This document shows, piece by piece, positions 1 through 12,062 of a stretch of DNA of 64,000 nucleotides. The notes beneath the pieces are model-generated. The model was not told the origin of the DNA. It did no database searches and saw only the letters and a program-made list of their open reading frames with translations. The position numbers were made by a program, and so were the translations under genes. Every line of letters begins with the position of its first letter. The stretch's first letter is position 1. The stretch is from an uncultured Nitrososphaeraceae archaeon (GTDB taxonomy: Archaea > Thermoproteota > Nitrososphaeria > Nitrososphaerales > Nitrososphaeraceae): contig CAWGVG010000014.1 of assembly GCA_963825865.1 (NCBI GenBank), forward strand, positions 96,001 to 160,000, in the 5' to 3' direction.

Positions 1-199
1 TTATTGTCCCTTATTTAATAATTCAGCAGCATGGGAGGAGTTTTGTAATTCCCTTGTTTGTATGCATTCTTTGGTTCTGATGGGGATATCCATTGACCGT
101 GTGCAGTAGTTGCTAATGTTATTGCAGACATTATTATTAATCCTAAGCCGCCTTGAGTAATCTTATAATCGATATTTTACCACTAACCCAATAACAGTA

Positions 200-1244
200 G
201 ATCTCTTGCGTAATTAGCAGCTATAGTCTAACACCCTACTTGTTTTAGCCGTCTTCTTAGATTGAAATGCTGTCAGACTGTATAACTCTGAAGTTCAGGA
301 GACCTGGATATTATATCAGATACGTTATTGTACTTCCTTAATCTGTTTCTAAATTTAGTACCCATTATTCCAAACTTTTTGATTCTACATATGGTATGTT
401 CTACTATGATCCTTAGCCTAGAATGATTCTTGTTGTAAGTTCTTTCATCACATGAAAGCAATGTACCCTTTTTCTTTTTGATACGAAGTACAGACTTTAC
501 AGTGGGAAAGTCCTTTTCAATGCCAAGATAACCAAGATCAACTATGTTTTCAACTTGTGATGGAGTTATAGAATGATTGTGTTTGTAAATGTCATAATCA
601 TGTTTTCTTCCACTTCTGTGACCTGTCTTATGCAGTATCAATCCTTCACTGTTTACCATCAATTGTGTCTTGACAGTATGTTTCTTCTTTCTACCTGAAT
701 AGTAACTCTTCCTTCTTCTTTTGTTCTTAGGTCTTGGAATTTCTTGTTCTGTAGAGTCTATGAAAGCCTTGAATCCAGGAAAGTACTCTTCTACTTCATC
801 TATAGTTCTTAATCTCCTAGTACGTTTGTATATCTTCTTTGGCAATGGAATACACTCCTTGATAAGTGGTTCCATCATTGATATATCTCTACAAACATTG
901 CTTTGATCAAGGTCAAACAGAAATCCTGATAATGTATATGTAATGTATAATCTGTAGTATACTAGAAGCATAACGAATCTTTCTTTAACTTTAAGCTTAA
1001 ATGGTCTACCAGCACCTATATCCCGTATTCTCATCCTTGATAGAAGACGTCTTCTTTCGTGCTCTTCGTAGTTATGTTCAATTTCGTTACAAATGGATTC
1101 AAATTCAGATACAGTTACTCCGGTAAATGACCTGAATATCAAAGGTTTCTTACATAATTTGCTATAGGACATCAAAGAGCTTGTCAGATAGATATCCTAT
1201 GTGAAGAGGAATATAGCTCTAAGCTTCTAATTACACAAGAGATC
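200..1244 (-). mobile_element. IS5-family (ISL2/IS702-like group) insertion sequence, copy 1
   Basis: Terminal inverted repeats gatctcttgcgtaattag (200-217) and ctaattacacaagagatc (1227-1244), 1 mismatch; TA on both flanks; near-identical copy at 26440-27484. Confidence 0.9.
273..1175 (-). CDS. Transposase (HTH_Tnp_4 + DDE_Tnp_4 type)
   Basis: FRSFTG N-terminus, IDSTEQ...RP, YSGRKKKHTVKTQ, DLGYLG, RIIVEHTICRIK motifs. Confidence 0.9.
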   Translation of the reverse strand: MMSYSKLCKKPLIFRSFTGVTVSEFESICNEIEHNYEEHERRRLLSRMRIRDIGAGRPFKLKVKERFVMLLVYYRLYITYTLSGFLFDLDQSNVCRDISMMEPLIKECIPLPKKIYKRTRRLRTIDEVEEYFPGFKAFIDSTEQEIPRPKNKRRRKSYYSGRKKKHTVKTQLMVNSEGLILHKTGHRSGRKHDYDIYKHNHSITPSQVENIVDLGYLGIEKDFPTVKSVLRIKKKKGTLLSCDERTYNKNHSRLRIIVEHTICRIKKFGIMGTKFRNRLRKYNNVSDIISRSPELQSYTV

Positions 1245-1789
1245 TAGTATTGTAGAATGCTATGCTATGCTTATGAATTGAAATTTCATAATTGGGTATT
1301 ATTATCTATTGTAAAGAGTCATTAGATTGCAATATGAAAAATCTACCAAAGTCTCAGACTATGGATGATTAGGTTTTTTAGTTCAGTTGGAAAAATATAG
1401 GATAGGATAGAGGAGCAATATAAAAGAGAGATGGTAAACGAAAATAAAGAAGAAATGGCATACAGTTTGCCAAACAATTCCGACATTAATAGATTAGTCC
1501 TTTATTTAATACATGATGGACAAATTGGTGATAATTATATACCAGATTACAATACTATAGTTTCCAAGTATATGAAACTAGGGCTATGTAGAAAACAGAG
1601 TGTATTTATCGTTTTGTAATGATAAATACTGCACAACAACTCAGACTAATATTTGTGTTTATGAGCACATCAATAGCTTGCTGTTAGGTTGTTATTCGAA
1701 AGAGCTTTTGTCAATCTGTTAACCGATAGCGTGTGAGGATCGGCATTAAATACGCTTGTTGTGTCTTTTGGCGCCATTCCAATTTTTCC

Positions 1790-2779
1790 TCAGAATTTCT
1801 TTCTTCGTGCTCTACTATTATAGATGGCAAATGGGTTATCTGTAATCACACTATCGTGGTATGAAATTATTTGTTTCATTGTCGTGCTCATATTTGATAC
1901 GGATATCTTTGAAATATCAAATGCGCATAACATAGACATATTATTGGCAGCTTTGTATTTATTAATTAACTTTTCAAAAGATACTAGCCACTCAACGTTG
2001 CTGTTTTCTAACCACCAAGTACCATCCACTTCTGCAATCCTTGTTGTTGATTTATTATTATTATTATTATTATTATGTTGTGATTCATTTAATGATTGCA
2101 GATTGGCTATCCAGGAGGATAGCTTCTTCATCGATATGTCATTTATTGTCTGCCCAAGTATCTCCCCATATGACAAATTATTTACTATCAGAGGATTGAT
2201 ATTATTATCTACGGTTTGGTTTGACAAAAGACCTATTGGAGCACGATATGTGTGATTATCAAATGTTGATTTATCACAATTTAAAAATTGTGCCAATATT
2301 TTATTTCTGAAATTTTCTTTTGAGTATAATAATATGGTATGATGATGATGTCGCGCATTACTCACAAAATCAAATATCTCTGCCTCTTGGATAAATTTTA
2401 CAACATCACTAATTTTAAGAGACGGATTTAGAATATCATCCACTGTAATACCTGAATTTACAATTACAGCATATGTTAGAATTTCCTTTTTAATAATATT
2501 AAGAATTGCATTTCCTGCCTTACCTAATATACGGTTCAATGATTTTTCAAATAAGTCATAGTTTGTTAATAACTCGTGTTCTGATAGATTATAAAGTGAA
2601 CATATATTATACAATATGGCTTTAGAATATGATTTTCCAATTTGTTCAAGACATTTTATTATGATGTCGGAAATAATTTGATCAGATTCAGGAGCTATAG
2701 AAATATATTCTAGATCATCTAGAATGGATAGATATTCAAAATTCGTTTTTGTAACCTTAATTTTGATCAGCTCTTGTAT
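1790..2779 (-). CDS. Thaumarchaeal signalling protein, N-terminal NitrOD5/DUF3227-like helical domain plus MEDS-like domain
   Basis: FEKSLNRILGKAG; HHTILLYS...FL; SMLCAFD...IISYHDSVI. Frame is open upstream of 2614 to about 2779; start uncertain. Confidence 0.55.
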   Translation of the reverse strand: MQELIKIKVTKTNFEYLSILDDLEYISIAPESDQIISDIIIKCLEQIGKSYSKAILYNICSLYNLSEHELLTNYDLFEKSLNRILGKAGNAILNIIKKEILTYAVIVNSGITVDDILNPSLKISDVVKFIQEAEIFDFVSNARHHHHTILLYSKENFRNKILAQFLNCDKSTFDNHTYRAPIGLLSNQTVDNNINPLIVNNLSYGEILGQTINDISMKKLSSWIANLQSLNESQHNNNNNNNKSTTRIAEVDGTWWLENSNVEWLVSFEKLINKYKAANNMSMLCAFDISKISVSNMSTTMKQIISYHDSVITDNPFAIYNSRARRKKF

Positions 2780-2780
2780 T

Positions 2781-3227
2781 TTACTTTTGCATTTCTTTTG
2801 TAATTAAATTACGTGATGATGATGAATGCGGTTCTTTTATTATTACATCTTTTATTTCGTTATTATCTAATAAGGCGTCAATAATTCTTTCAAGCTCTTC
2901 TTTAGATGTTTTTTTGTATACTTCCAGAGAGTCAATTGCCTTAAGTTTCCAAATATTATCTATTGCATATTCAATTTTCTGTTGAACATGCATTAGGGCA
3001 TCATAGACTATTTTACCAAACGTTGTAAGGTAATATCTTCCTTTTTTTCTATGTATCAAACCAGACTTTATCAACTCAGACAGCCTTGAGTAATACTGCT
3101 TGCGAGTAAGTCTTAGATTCGTGATGATGTTCTCATTCTCTGCAGAAGATATACAAACAAATAAATTCATCGTCTTACCATCGGCCAAGATACGCATAAT
3201 GTCATGGTAAGATATCATGCAATTCAC
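2781..3227 (-). CDS. Winged-helix DNA-binding protein (Nitrososphaera-type)
   Basis: LTRKQYYSRLSELIKSGLI..KKGRYYLTTFGK, WKLKAIDSL. Confidence 0.75.
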   Translation of the reverse strand: MNCMISYHDIMRILADGKTMNLFVCISSAENENIITNLRLTRKQYYSRLSELIKSGLIHRKKGRYYLTTFGKIVYDALMHVQQKIEYAIDNIWKLKAIDSLEVYKKTSKEELERIIDALLDNNEIKDVIIKEPHSSSSRNLITKEMQK

Positions 3228-3331
3228 GTCTCTAGGGAAATATTACATATAATATAAAGATTTTCTTGGTAATTTAGCCATTTCTCGATAAATGATATGC
3301 AATAAAATTTTATCCTGATTGAGCAGAGTAT

Positions 3332-3990
3332 TCAAGATCTTCTAGACTTGTTCGGCACCGATATCCGTTGATACGTTTTCAACAGTAATAACCTTTGAAA
3401 AGAGATTTTGCACATCTGCCACAATCTAATAAATAATACAATATTGTTCATGTGAACTATACATATGCCAAAAATTCCTAAAATCCCTCCAAAGATCGCT
3501 AATGGAATATTGAGAGGCGGTAAGCTGTTAATTCCAAGCTCATATAAAGTAACTTGAAAGATTATTGTTAGCAATATAGTCGACGATGCGATAGTAGATG
3601 TAAGCGATGCTCCAATTTTATTTAAACCCATATTGTAAAATAAAGCTGAAGATAGAGGGACCAACGAAAATACCATCAGTAATGTACAATTTTGTAATGA
3701 TATCCAAGTTAATTTAAAAGAAGGAAATGAAAATCCACCACTACTCACAACGGACATAATATATACTGTAGACAGTGGAAATGTGGATGATCTCAATTGT
3801 GAACTCAAACTCCCATTTTCGAGAGTCACAAAAAACCTACTAATGCAAGTATTACTCCAAGGCTCTGCGGCTTACTAAGTCTGTCAATTAAAAAAAATCT
3901 TGCAAGAAATAAAATCGTAACAGTTTCTAGCGGCACAGCTCTCTCTATTTTGCCAAAAAGAGAAAGATTTGAGCTTCTCTTTTTGAAAAT
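3332..3990 (-). pseudogene. EamA/DMT transporter, C-terminal fragment
   Basis: ALFYNMGLNKIGASLTSTIAS, GGILGIFGI; upstream part broken. Confidence 0.55.
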
Positions 3991-4122
3991 GGTTTTTGAT
4001 TATGTATTTGGATTTTCCATTTTCATTTTGACTGTGGTTATCAAAAGTTAGAGTTTCTATAATTGTTCCGTATTGCCGTCAGGATATTTTATCGTTACCT
4101 CTTCCTTTTTTATATCAATATC

Positions 4123-5124
4123 TGCTTTGTTACATGATTCATTATCTTGTAAGTGATACTTATTTGACCACTTCGCATTTAGCTAGCTAATAGCAATTAT
4201 TCTGGTATGATTGACTGGCCTTCCTATAATGAATCACTAGTCAGACGTGGTCAGGTCCTCTTGGATTTTGATGTACTTGATGGATGGGATTATGAATTAT
4301 CTCAAATGAATCTTGGTAAGGTTGGTGAACCTTACGACTACCCAGATTCATTTATGCAGCTTTTAGGTTACATGAGAGCATATTTCCATCTACCATATAG
4401 ACAAACACAGGGTGTAGTCATAGCTCATGCGAGTAAAGAAGTACCAAGCATACCAGATTATATGACCATTAGTAGACGTATAAACAGACTGGAGATTAAA
4501 ATCAATGAAAAATTAGGAAATGATATTGTCATTGCTTTAGACAGCACTGGCATTAAGGTAGCTAATCGTGGAGAATGGATGCGGCACAAATGGCATGTCA
4601 GAAAGGGATATCTAAAGATACATGTAGCAGTTGACATCAAGAAGAAAAGAATCCTGTCTTTGGAGGTAACAAGTGAAGAGGTACATGATGGTAAGATGCT
4701 AAAGAAGTTAGTAGACAATGCTTCTGAAAATAATCATGTGAAGGGCATATTAGCAGATGGTATGTACGATAGCAATAAGAATTTCCGATATCTGTCAAAG
4801 AACCACATTAAACCTGGCATAAAGACAAGAAGTAATTCCAAAGTCAAGTCAACTAACTGTCATGCTAGGAATATGTCTGTAGTAAAACAACAACAAGCAA
4901 ACCTCAATGGATGGAAAAATAGCGTGAGCTATGGACATAGGTGGATGACAGAAACTGCATTCTCTTCTATTAAAAGGATGTTCGGTGAACATGTAACAGC
5001 TAGAAAATTTTCTAACATGGTAAAGGAGATCTTCCTAAAGGCAACTCTGTATAACATGTTCAATCGAATGACATAACCATCGGCTTAAATAAACTAAAAT
5101 CCTAAGGGATCGTGCAACAGAGCA
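4123..5124 (+). mobile_element. IS5-family (ISH1-group-like) insertion sequence, copy 1
   Basis: Inverted repeats tgctttgttacatgat / atcgtgcaacagagca; 8-bp target duplication tcaatatc at 4115-4122 and 5125-5132. Confidence 0.92.
4207..5076 (+). CDS. IS5-family transposase, apparently intact
   Basis: DWPSYNESLVRRG, ALDSTGIKV.NRGEW, ADGMYD, YGHRWMTETAFSSIKRMFG. Confidence 0.92.
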   Translation: MIDWPSYNESLVRRGQVLLDFDVLDGWDYELSQMNLGKVGEPYDYPDSFMQLLGYMRAYFHLPYRQTQGVVIAHASKEVPSIPDYMTISRRINRLEIKINEKLGNDIVIALDSTGIKVANRGEWMRHKWHVRKGYLKIHVAVDIKKKRILSLEVTSEEVHDGKMLKKLVDNASENNHVKGILADGMYDSNKNFRYLSKNHIKPGIKTRSNSKVKSTNCHARNMSVVKQQQANLNGWKNSVSYGHRWMTETAFSSIKRMFGEHVTARKFSNMVKEIFLKATLYNMFNRMT

Positions 5125-6690
5125 TCAATATCGACTTTCTTTTTTTCAGTAACTCTTCTTTTTCTTATTACAATTTCTGCAAGTTTGACCATTTTCTTAT
5201 TAATTTCAAACTCCTCTCCCATAAGAGGAATCACTTTTTCAGTTTCTGAAGCATTATTATCAGAAGAGGGGAATAAAGGAACTAGCTCTACTCCTTTAAG
5301 ATCACCTTTTTTTCTTACAGAAAGATTGACTGATTTGTCCGAATTACTGCCTATGCTACTACTCAGCTTATCCTTTATTAAGGAGAAAACAGAATTATCC
5401 TCTACTGATTTCATTTTCTTTCCATTAATATATACTTCCTCATAGGTTATAGGTACCTTGACTGTCTTAGTCTTGGTAACCCATCTCTTTTCTATTTTTG
5501 CTTCTTTGACTGTGGTTTCCTTTGAAATCGAGTATTCTTCTTCTATAACGGGAATTATTTGTTCCTGCTGTTGTTGTTGTTGTTCTTCGAAGGCTCCAGC
5601 CTCGTTAGTCAGCTCCACGGGATGGTCAACTTTTCCTCGTTGATCTATCTTGTTTTCCATTTTCTGAATGCTGCTATATACTAATGGTAATTATAGGTTA
5701 TAACAATTGGAAAAAAATATTATCTATCATAGACGTTGTGCCACCGAGCACCTCGTTATGATCGCATGGGTGACTTAATCTCATAACAGCGAGTACATAA
5801 TGCACATTCGCAATGTCATTAACATATTGCAATACCAACAACAACAACAACAACAACAACAGCAACGGCAGTTCCAAGATCAAATTATACCACCATCAAT
5901 AAAGAACAACAAGAGAAAATCCAGCCAGCCTGGACCAATAAGGGCAACTACTACTACTACTACTGCTCAACTGCCCAAGGAACCAAGTAATGCCATGTGT
6001 ATGATTAGTGCGTTTATAGCTTACTTACTACCTAGTTTCAGGCTAATTTTATGGATTCTACAGTAATATCCTTGAGAGTTGGCCTTTCATATTTAATTTC
6101 TAGTGATTACAGACGTCTAACCTGTGGAGTATCATATTATTAAAATGGTAATCGGGATTAATAAAAAATACAGAATCAATGTATATATTTCATTTCGAAA
6201 TAGCACATAATCAATATATGCAATCCTTATGTATTTTTGTTATCTAATAGTTATCTTATATCAAGTCCATTATCCATTGTTGTAGCTTCTTTTGCTCTAT
6301 TGGCCTGCCAAACCATAAATCTTCAACAACAATGCCGCGCAATATTCTTGTTGTTTTGATAAGATCCATTCCAGTAGCCCTTTTGATTTTTGTTAATATA
6401 TTAACATCTGGAAAGCATTCAAAACTAATTTTGCTATTATTTATCAGAAATTCCAATTTATTATAAACAGCATATCTAATAGTTAGTACAATCCTGATCT
6501 TTAATATCCTTGCATGCAAAATCTAATCCTTGCATTCGTCTATCTGTAATTGAGCAATAGTTTCAGTCATAAACTACCACTATCAATCATACTTTTCTTA
6601 ATTATAATTTAGATGCTCTAATCGCTATAAGGATTTCATAAATTAATTTGAATTTTTATTAAGCTTAAAGACCATATAAATACATATATT

Positions 6691-7008
6691 ATGAGCAAAG
6701 ATGAAAACAAGAAGGCTGTCGCTGAAACATCAAATTCTAAAGAGCCTGCTACACTTCCGTCTAAAGCATCAGCAAAAGAAAATGATGATCCAGCAAAACC
6801 AGCTGAGGAACGAAAAGTGATAGTTGTAGAGCCATCTAAGACGGAATATAAAGAAAGATATCAGACTGAATACCCCCCCTCATCTGAAGAGGAAGCAAAA
6901 CAAGAAAACCAATCGGATTCTGCAAAAGCCAAAGAAGCAGGACAATCATTCAAAGAGACGATAAAGTCCTTAGGCAAAAAAGCAATGACAAAGGCAGAAG
7001 GGAACTAA
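6691..7008 (+). CDS. Hydrophilic low-complexity hypothetical protein, possibly truncated
   Basis: ATG downstream of a TATA-like AT tract; E/K/S-rich composition. Confidence 0.5.
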   Translation: MSKDENKKAVAETSNSKEPATLPSKASAKENDDPAKPAEERKVIVVEPSKTEYKERYQTEYPPSSEEEAKQENQSDSAKAKEAGQSFKETIKSLGKKAMTKAEGN

Positions 7009-7251
7009 GGAATTCCGATATTATTGAGTCTTGTACAAATTTGACTCGATATTGCAACTCTAAAGTGTGCTGTCATTATCTTTAGCACTTACAAAAGGAA
7101 AAACATGTTCTATCCATCTTTACAGATCTATTGCCTTTTCTTTTTTTCTTGTTGTAAATAGCGGAGTCTATTTTTTCGTGTAAGAACTCTGCTTTCCATA
7201 ATCATAACGTTTTAAAAAAAATCTTTGATGTTTCTGCCTCTGCATGTTTAA

Positions 7252-8058
7252 TCAAATCCTCCTGGAGGATTCTCTTGACCAAATGGTTCTGAGTTTATTT
7301 GCAGAGGATTTAGCATCGTTATTATTTGTAAAAACCTCTAAAGTAATTGTTCTATCATAATCAATGCCTTTTAATGCTTTGACTGCTTTTTCATGATCTA
7401 TTAAGCCTTCACCGATTGAAAGATGTTCATCTTTCTTCCCATGATTATCATGCCAATGGATATGAATTATTTTATCTCTAAATGTATCTATATAATCAAT
7501 TACTGACTTCATGCCTCCAGACGTAAAAGCGTGAGGAATATCTAAATGAACAAATAACGAATCAACATTATTCAGAATATATTTGAATTCATCTATATTG
7601 TGTATTCCATTTGAAAGCGGAACATTTTCTAACATTATCTGTACTTGAGATTTTTTAGCATATCTTACAATTTCTCTAAGACTTCTGATCATATTATCCA
7701 AAAGGATCTTCCTTTTTTCTCCATAAAACATACCATTAAGGTTAGCATGAAAATTAACAAGATCTATGCCTACCTTTCTTGCTGTTTTAATTTCCCTCAT
7801 AGCTTGTAGGATCCAAGCATGTCTGATATAGTCATAATCTGAACACAAATCTATCCAATAGGCTGTATGGCCAATAGGCTTTTGCTTGAATTTATGAAGC
7901 AGTTTTGTTATTTCATGCTTCTTCTTGTCAATTATCTCTGGATTGCCTTCCGGTCCTTCTATACCTACCTCAGCATACTCGAAATTTAGATCATATATTT
8001 TACTTATCTCGCTTAATATTTCATTTGAAGGATTTGTAAGCAGTCCATAAGATGGTAT
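7252..8058 (-). CDS. Sugar-phosphate isomerase/epimerase, AP_endonuc_2 TIM barrel
   Basis: IMLENVP, HLDIPHA, HIHWHDNHGKKDEHLSIGEG, ITLEVF; frame open upstream of 7848 to about 8058. Confidence 0.85.
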   Translation of the reverse strand: MPSYGLLTNPSNEILSEISKIYDLNFEYAEVGIEGPEGNPEIIDKKKHEITKLLHKFKQKPIGHTAYWIDLCSDYDYIRHAWILQAMREIKTARKVGIDLVNFHANLNGMFYGEKRKILLDNMIRSLREIVRYAKKSQVQIMLENVPLSNGIHNIDEFKYILNNVDSLFVHLDIPHAFTSGGMKSVIDYIDTFRDKIIHIHWHDNHGKKDEHLSIGEGLIDHEKAVKALKGIDYDRTITLEVFTNNNDAKSSANKLRTIWSRESSRRI

Positions 8059-8905
8059 ATAGAATCACTCAATATGTATAATGAAAGAAGAACAAGATAT
8101 CTGTTACGATTCTCATCAAAAAAGGACTTGTCTCCATCTTCATACTCTGCTCGTTTTTTTATTTTTATTTTCGTTATTGTTGTTATACTTCTCATTATCA
8201 TCATTATTTCGGAATAGAATATGTGATAATGTGATAATGTTGTTTTTGAATAATTGAAAGATAATGTATTTGCTTCTCATATTCAACTTTTCTTGCATTA
8301 ACAGATCCTGCCCAGATTTATGCAATGCTACACCTTTGAGTATCATAGTACCTGTTCACGTCCAAGTATAGTTCCTTTATGTCGAAAATTTTCTAAATCT
8401 TTGTATAGGCAAATATTCCTTTCTTCATTGCAACATTATCTTTGTCAATTTGTTTACAATATGGAAAGTAAATAATAATGACGTCTCATTTTTCCATATT
8501 GATGAGACAATGTAATTGCAAAGATATGCCTTACATATCAAGATAGAAAAGAGAGCATAAGCGGAAGTTCAACTGTCAACACTATGAATACATAATAAAT
8601 AATCGCCGTCATGCAGAGATGACTGTTAATGGGGGTTATACTTAGTATATTTCTATAATAGAAGAATTTGTCATTACCTTCAATAATAATAATATAAAGT
8701 AATATAGTTGAATTCTCTAAATATACGATAATACTCGTAATTACGTTTTCTTCTGATAACATGGATATACCTTTGTGGAGACGAAACTCAAGAGAATTTC
8801 GTTATACGTATTTATGTCAGTCATATCCTCGTTCTCTCCTACACAGTCTTTCTTATCTCTCTTCAATTGATAGATATATACATAATATAAATCTGAACAT
8901 ATTAT

Positions 8906-9412
8906 ATGGACAGTAGTGATGACAGCGAAAATGATAGTATAATTAACGAAGGTATCAAGCTTCTGCATGATATGAAAATCCAAGATTATAACCAATGGAG
9001 AATGAAGAATCTAACTGTACGACCAGATCTTAGGGGTCAGGATTTTTCTGGTAAGAATCTTTCTGGGGCATATCTTAATGGTGCTTCCTGCCTTAGGATT
9101 AATTTGTCGCGTTGCAATCTAAGTAAAGTAAATTTTGTTCAATCTGAACTTAATATGGCCAATCTTGAAGGAGCAAATTTAACTGATGCAATTTTGATGT
9201 ATTCTGAGATGGAAGAATGCAAGCTTATTAATGCAGATTTAACTAGAGCAAATTTTATGAATGCAAACCTTCAAAATTCCAATTTAACCAATAGTAAAAT
9301 GTCGAAAACAAATTTTGTCCAAGCAAGTTTGAAAAATGCCAAACTTCCCAATATAGATAAAGGTGCGGTATATCTAAAATATTCTAAATTAGAAGGATCT
9401 TCCTGGAAATAA
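8906..9412 (+). CDS. Pentapeptide repeat protein
   Basis: PDLRGQDFSGKNLSGAYL, ANLEGANLTDA, ADLTRANF repeats. Confidence 0.9.
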   Translation: MDSSDDSENDSIINEGIKLLHDMKIQDYNQWRMKNLTVRPDLRGQDFSGKNLSGAYLNGASCLRINLSRCNLSKVNFVQSELNMANLEGANLTDAILMYSEMEECKLINADLTRANFMNANLQNSNLTNSKMSKTNFVQASLKNAKLPNIDKGAVYLKYSKLEGSSWK

Positions 9413-9749
9413 AATTTAGCTCTTCAATGAAATATCTTCTATAGATCCAAAATAAGAGCTAATAGCGTTATCTACAAGTATGTCAATACTGCTGCAATAC
9501 TGCTATAATGGAACAAGAATACGAACTAACTGTTTTTCTTTGTATTTTGAATTAAATTATCCATTAATTCTCCTTGTTTCTTGTATAATGTTATATTCTT
9601 TGCCTGCTACTTCTAATTATATTTCTAGATAGACTAATCACACTACTAATTCCGCACTTGTGCCCTCTGACGCAATCGATTATTAATAACTATTCCAATA
9701 GACATTTTAGGCTCAAAAGTATCGAAATGCACATATACGTTCAAAATTA

Positions 9750-9866
9750 TTATCTACTGGATCTCGTATGAGAGTCAGCACAATAACCACAATAATCTGT
9801 ATTTGGTCTTTTGTGACATATACATTCACATCTGCCGCCTCCGCCACCTGAATATTTTCTGTTCAT
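9750..9866 (-). CDS. 38-aa Cys/His-rich microprotein (not in ORF track)
   Basis: MNRKYSGGGGGRCECICHKRPNTDYCGYCADSHTRSSR*. Confidence 0.55.
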   Translation of the reverse strand: MNRKYSGGGGGRCECICHKRPNTDYCGYCADSHTRSSR

Positions 9867-10278
9867 TATGTTATGATCATGATCACATGTATTTAATTGG
9901 ATAGTAACAAAGGAAGAAGTCTCTCTATACTACATCCAAAAGAAGTCTCTCTCTTGTTACTGAGATCAATTCTATAAGGTCCTGGCAACTTTAGAAAGAA
10001 AACAAAGGAGAAATAGCTCGATTACCCTACCTAATCCAAAAGTTGTTACTCCTAAAGTACGTAGATTAGGTTAATTAGGAAGATGCTTGATGGTGGGGAT
10101 GTTTTGGAGATTTAAGAATGGGAAAGACATGCCTCCTAAAAAAAGACAGAATTAATGGTTTGATGGTAGCCTAATCGCATGCATGAGATACATATTCACA
10201 GCGTTTGGACAGTTCACTATCACAGGTAATTGCATAGGTTATATAATCTCTAGCCGATAATATTGCTAGGAATTAACA

Positions 10279-10675
10279 TTGTATCTACAAACAAAAATTA
10301 GGAGAAAGCGAATTTCTGAAGTACTCGCAATCGTTGCAATGGCATTATTACTAACATATATTGCTGATGCAGCTATAGCACATGGAAATAAACAAGGTTT
10401 CTTGCCAATGAGCGCCAGCTCAAAGAGGAATGATATTTGGTGCCTCTACAATAATTTTGTTTCTTCTTGCCTTTGGAATAGGATTTGGAGAAAAGACTAA
10501 GATTACAACCATTTTACTCATAACAGGTGGTGCAATCATTGGAACATCTATACTGGGAGCATCTGCAATGGCTAAAGGAGGATTGGCAGCTATTCAAAGT
10601 TCATTCTTACCTGTAATTATACTAGGCTATATCATAATGGGACTTGGTTTATTTAGAGCAATTCAGAAAAAATGA
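10279..10675 (+). CDS. 4-TM membrane protein with one frameshift near 10417
   Basis: Two overlapping hydrophobic ORFs join if one C before AGCT is removed. Confidence 0.65.
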
Positions 10676-11465
10676 TAATCACCATGGTAATTGCATTCAT
10701 CCTATATTATATTAGTTCGAGTTGTATTGCTGTTCTGCAATTCAAGACGAGTCAGTTTACATTCTGTTTGTGTAATGACTATAGATAGGCTTTGTTTATC
10801 ACTTTGCCGATACTGTTCACGAATAGACCGTTGCAATTAATTAGACCCATGTATATAGAGCAAAGAACATAGATTTGTTCGTGCAGAAATTGATAATGAG
10901 TGATATAGACTAAATTAATTAAATTACTGAGTGATAATAGCGCCACATTTTATTATTTATCATATCTATCATAATACTTCAATTCTATACAACTTCTTTG
11001 GTATGTCCTGCTGTGGATGATCCAAATTGTCTTTACTTTATTAATTCTATTTTGATTTATATTACCTAGTATATAGTGCATTAATGTTCGCATTGTGATT
11101 CCTATATGATTGCGCATGTGCCTCTGTTCCCGGCACAAACGATAGTCATCATAGGGCTGCTGTCACAATGCGAATATTCATATAGCTATTGCTATCTCAT
11201 TTCTTTTTGTAAATTTGAAGGTTGTTTTATCCAATCACTAATAGGCCTTGAAAATTTTGCGGTATTGGTAGTGCTTAAACTAACAAGCACTGACTCAGCC
11301 CAGAAGTGAATCTCTAATAAAGCCATCAACATTTTGGTTGAATTGTTTCTCATCAAACAATAGGGTTCCATTCTCTTCCTATTCTTTCACAAGAAATGAC
11401 ATTGCAGCAACCAGTTTCTGCAGTTTTACATAATCATCTTACCTCCACAGTCCACAATAATTAAT

Positions 11466-11801
11466 CTACAATGGTCCTGGAGCTGTTGGTAGTAATATGC
11501 CAACTATAGAAGCTATTATCCATATAATTACTGCAATTATTATTGATTTTATCCAACCCATTTCATACAACCACCTTAAAGACAATAGCCAGGCTATACC
11601 ACCTACGAGCGCTGCTAATATGCCACTTCCCAATAGAAAGTATGCAATAGTGTATATTATTGATCCGATAACAGCAGTAAGAAAGGCTACTCTAATTCCT
11701 TCTTTTTCTCTAAATAGTTTTGTAATAGTAAATATTATGATTGTGGAGATTACTAATCCTATTACAAAGCTAATTGCTGTCCACGCTGAAACTAGCACCA
11801 T
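11466..11801 (-). CDS. Small 4-TM membrane protein
   Basis: Four hydrophobic segments; YEMGWIKSIIIAVIIW, PTAPGPL end. Confidence 0.7.
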   Translation of the reverse strand: MVLVSAWTAISFVIGLVISTIIIFTITKLFREKEGIRVAFLTAVIGSIIYTIAYFLLGSGILAALVGGIAWLLSLRWLYEMGWIKSIIIAVIIWIIASIVGILLPTAPGPL

Positions 11802-12062
11802 CTGAGAAATGGTACTTGCTATTCAATAGATATAATAGTTAATATAGAAATGCTAAGAAATATATGCACTTTTTAATTGTAAAATATATCTTTTTACATA
11901 TATAGTGCAGTATAAATTATTTTTGGACTCCAAAGGCTTAATGTTATGAATCCTGACATATTATTGGATTCAGTTATATACCCTATTTTGGCCATTTTCT
12001 AGTATAGAAGAAAAGAACATTCTATGCAATGACAATTATATCAGATTGAAGTTGGTTTATCC

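Larger units (their letters stand above)
4057..5660 (-). pseudogene. YsnF/AvaK (DUF2382) domain protein interrupted by an IS
   Basis: IPVIEEEYSISKE, IPLMGEEFEINKK...EIVIRKRRVTE; the frame resumes after the IS as DIKKEEVTIKYPDGNTEQL* (stop at 4057). Confidence 0.8.

Noticed and set aside
290-320. Programmed frameshift near the ISL2 transposase C-terminus (both copies have one extra base before SGLLNFR)
   Set aside because: No slippery sequence, and the extra base differs between copies (c versus a); probably a systematic error
5800-6066. Poly-Q/poly-T ORF as a real gene
   Set aside because: Explained by (CAA)n and (ACT)n microsatellites common across the window; no recognisable domain
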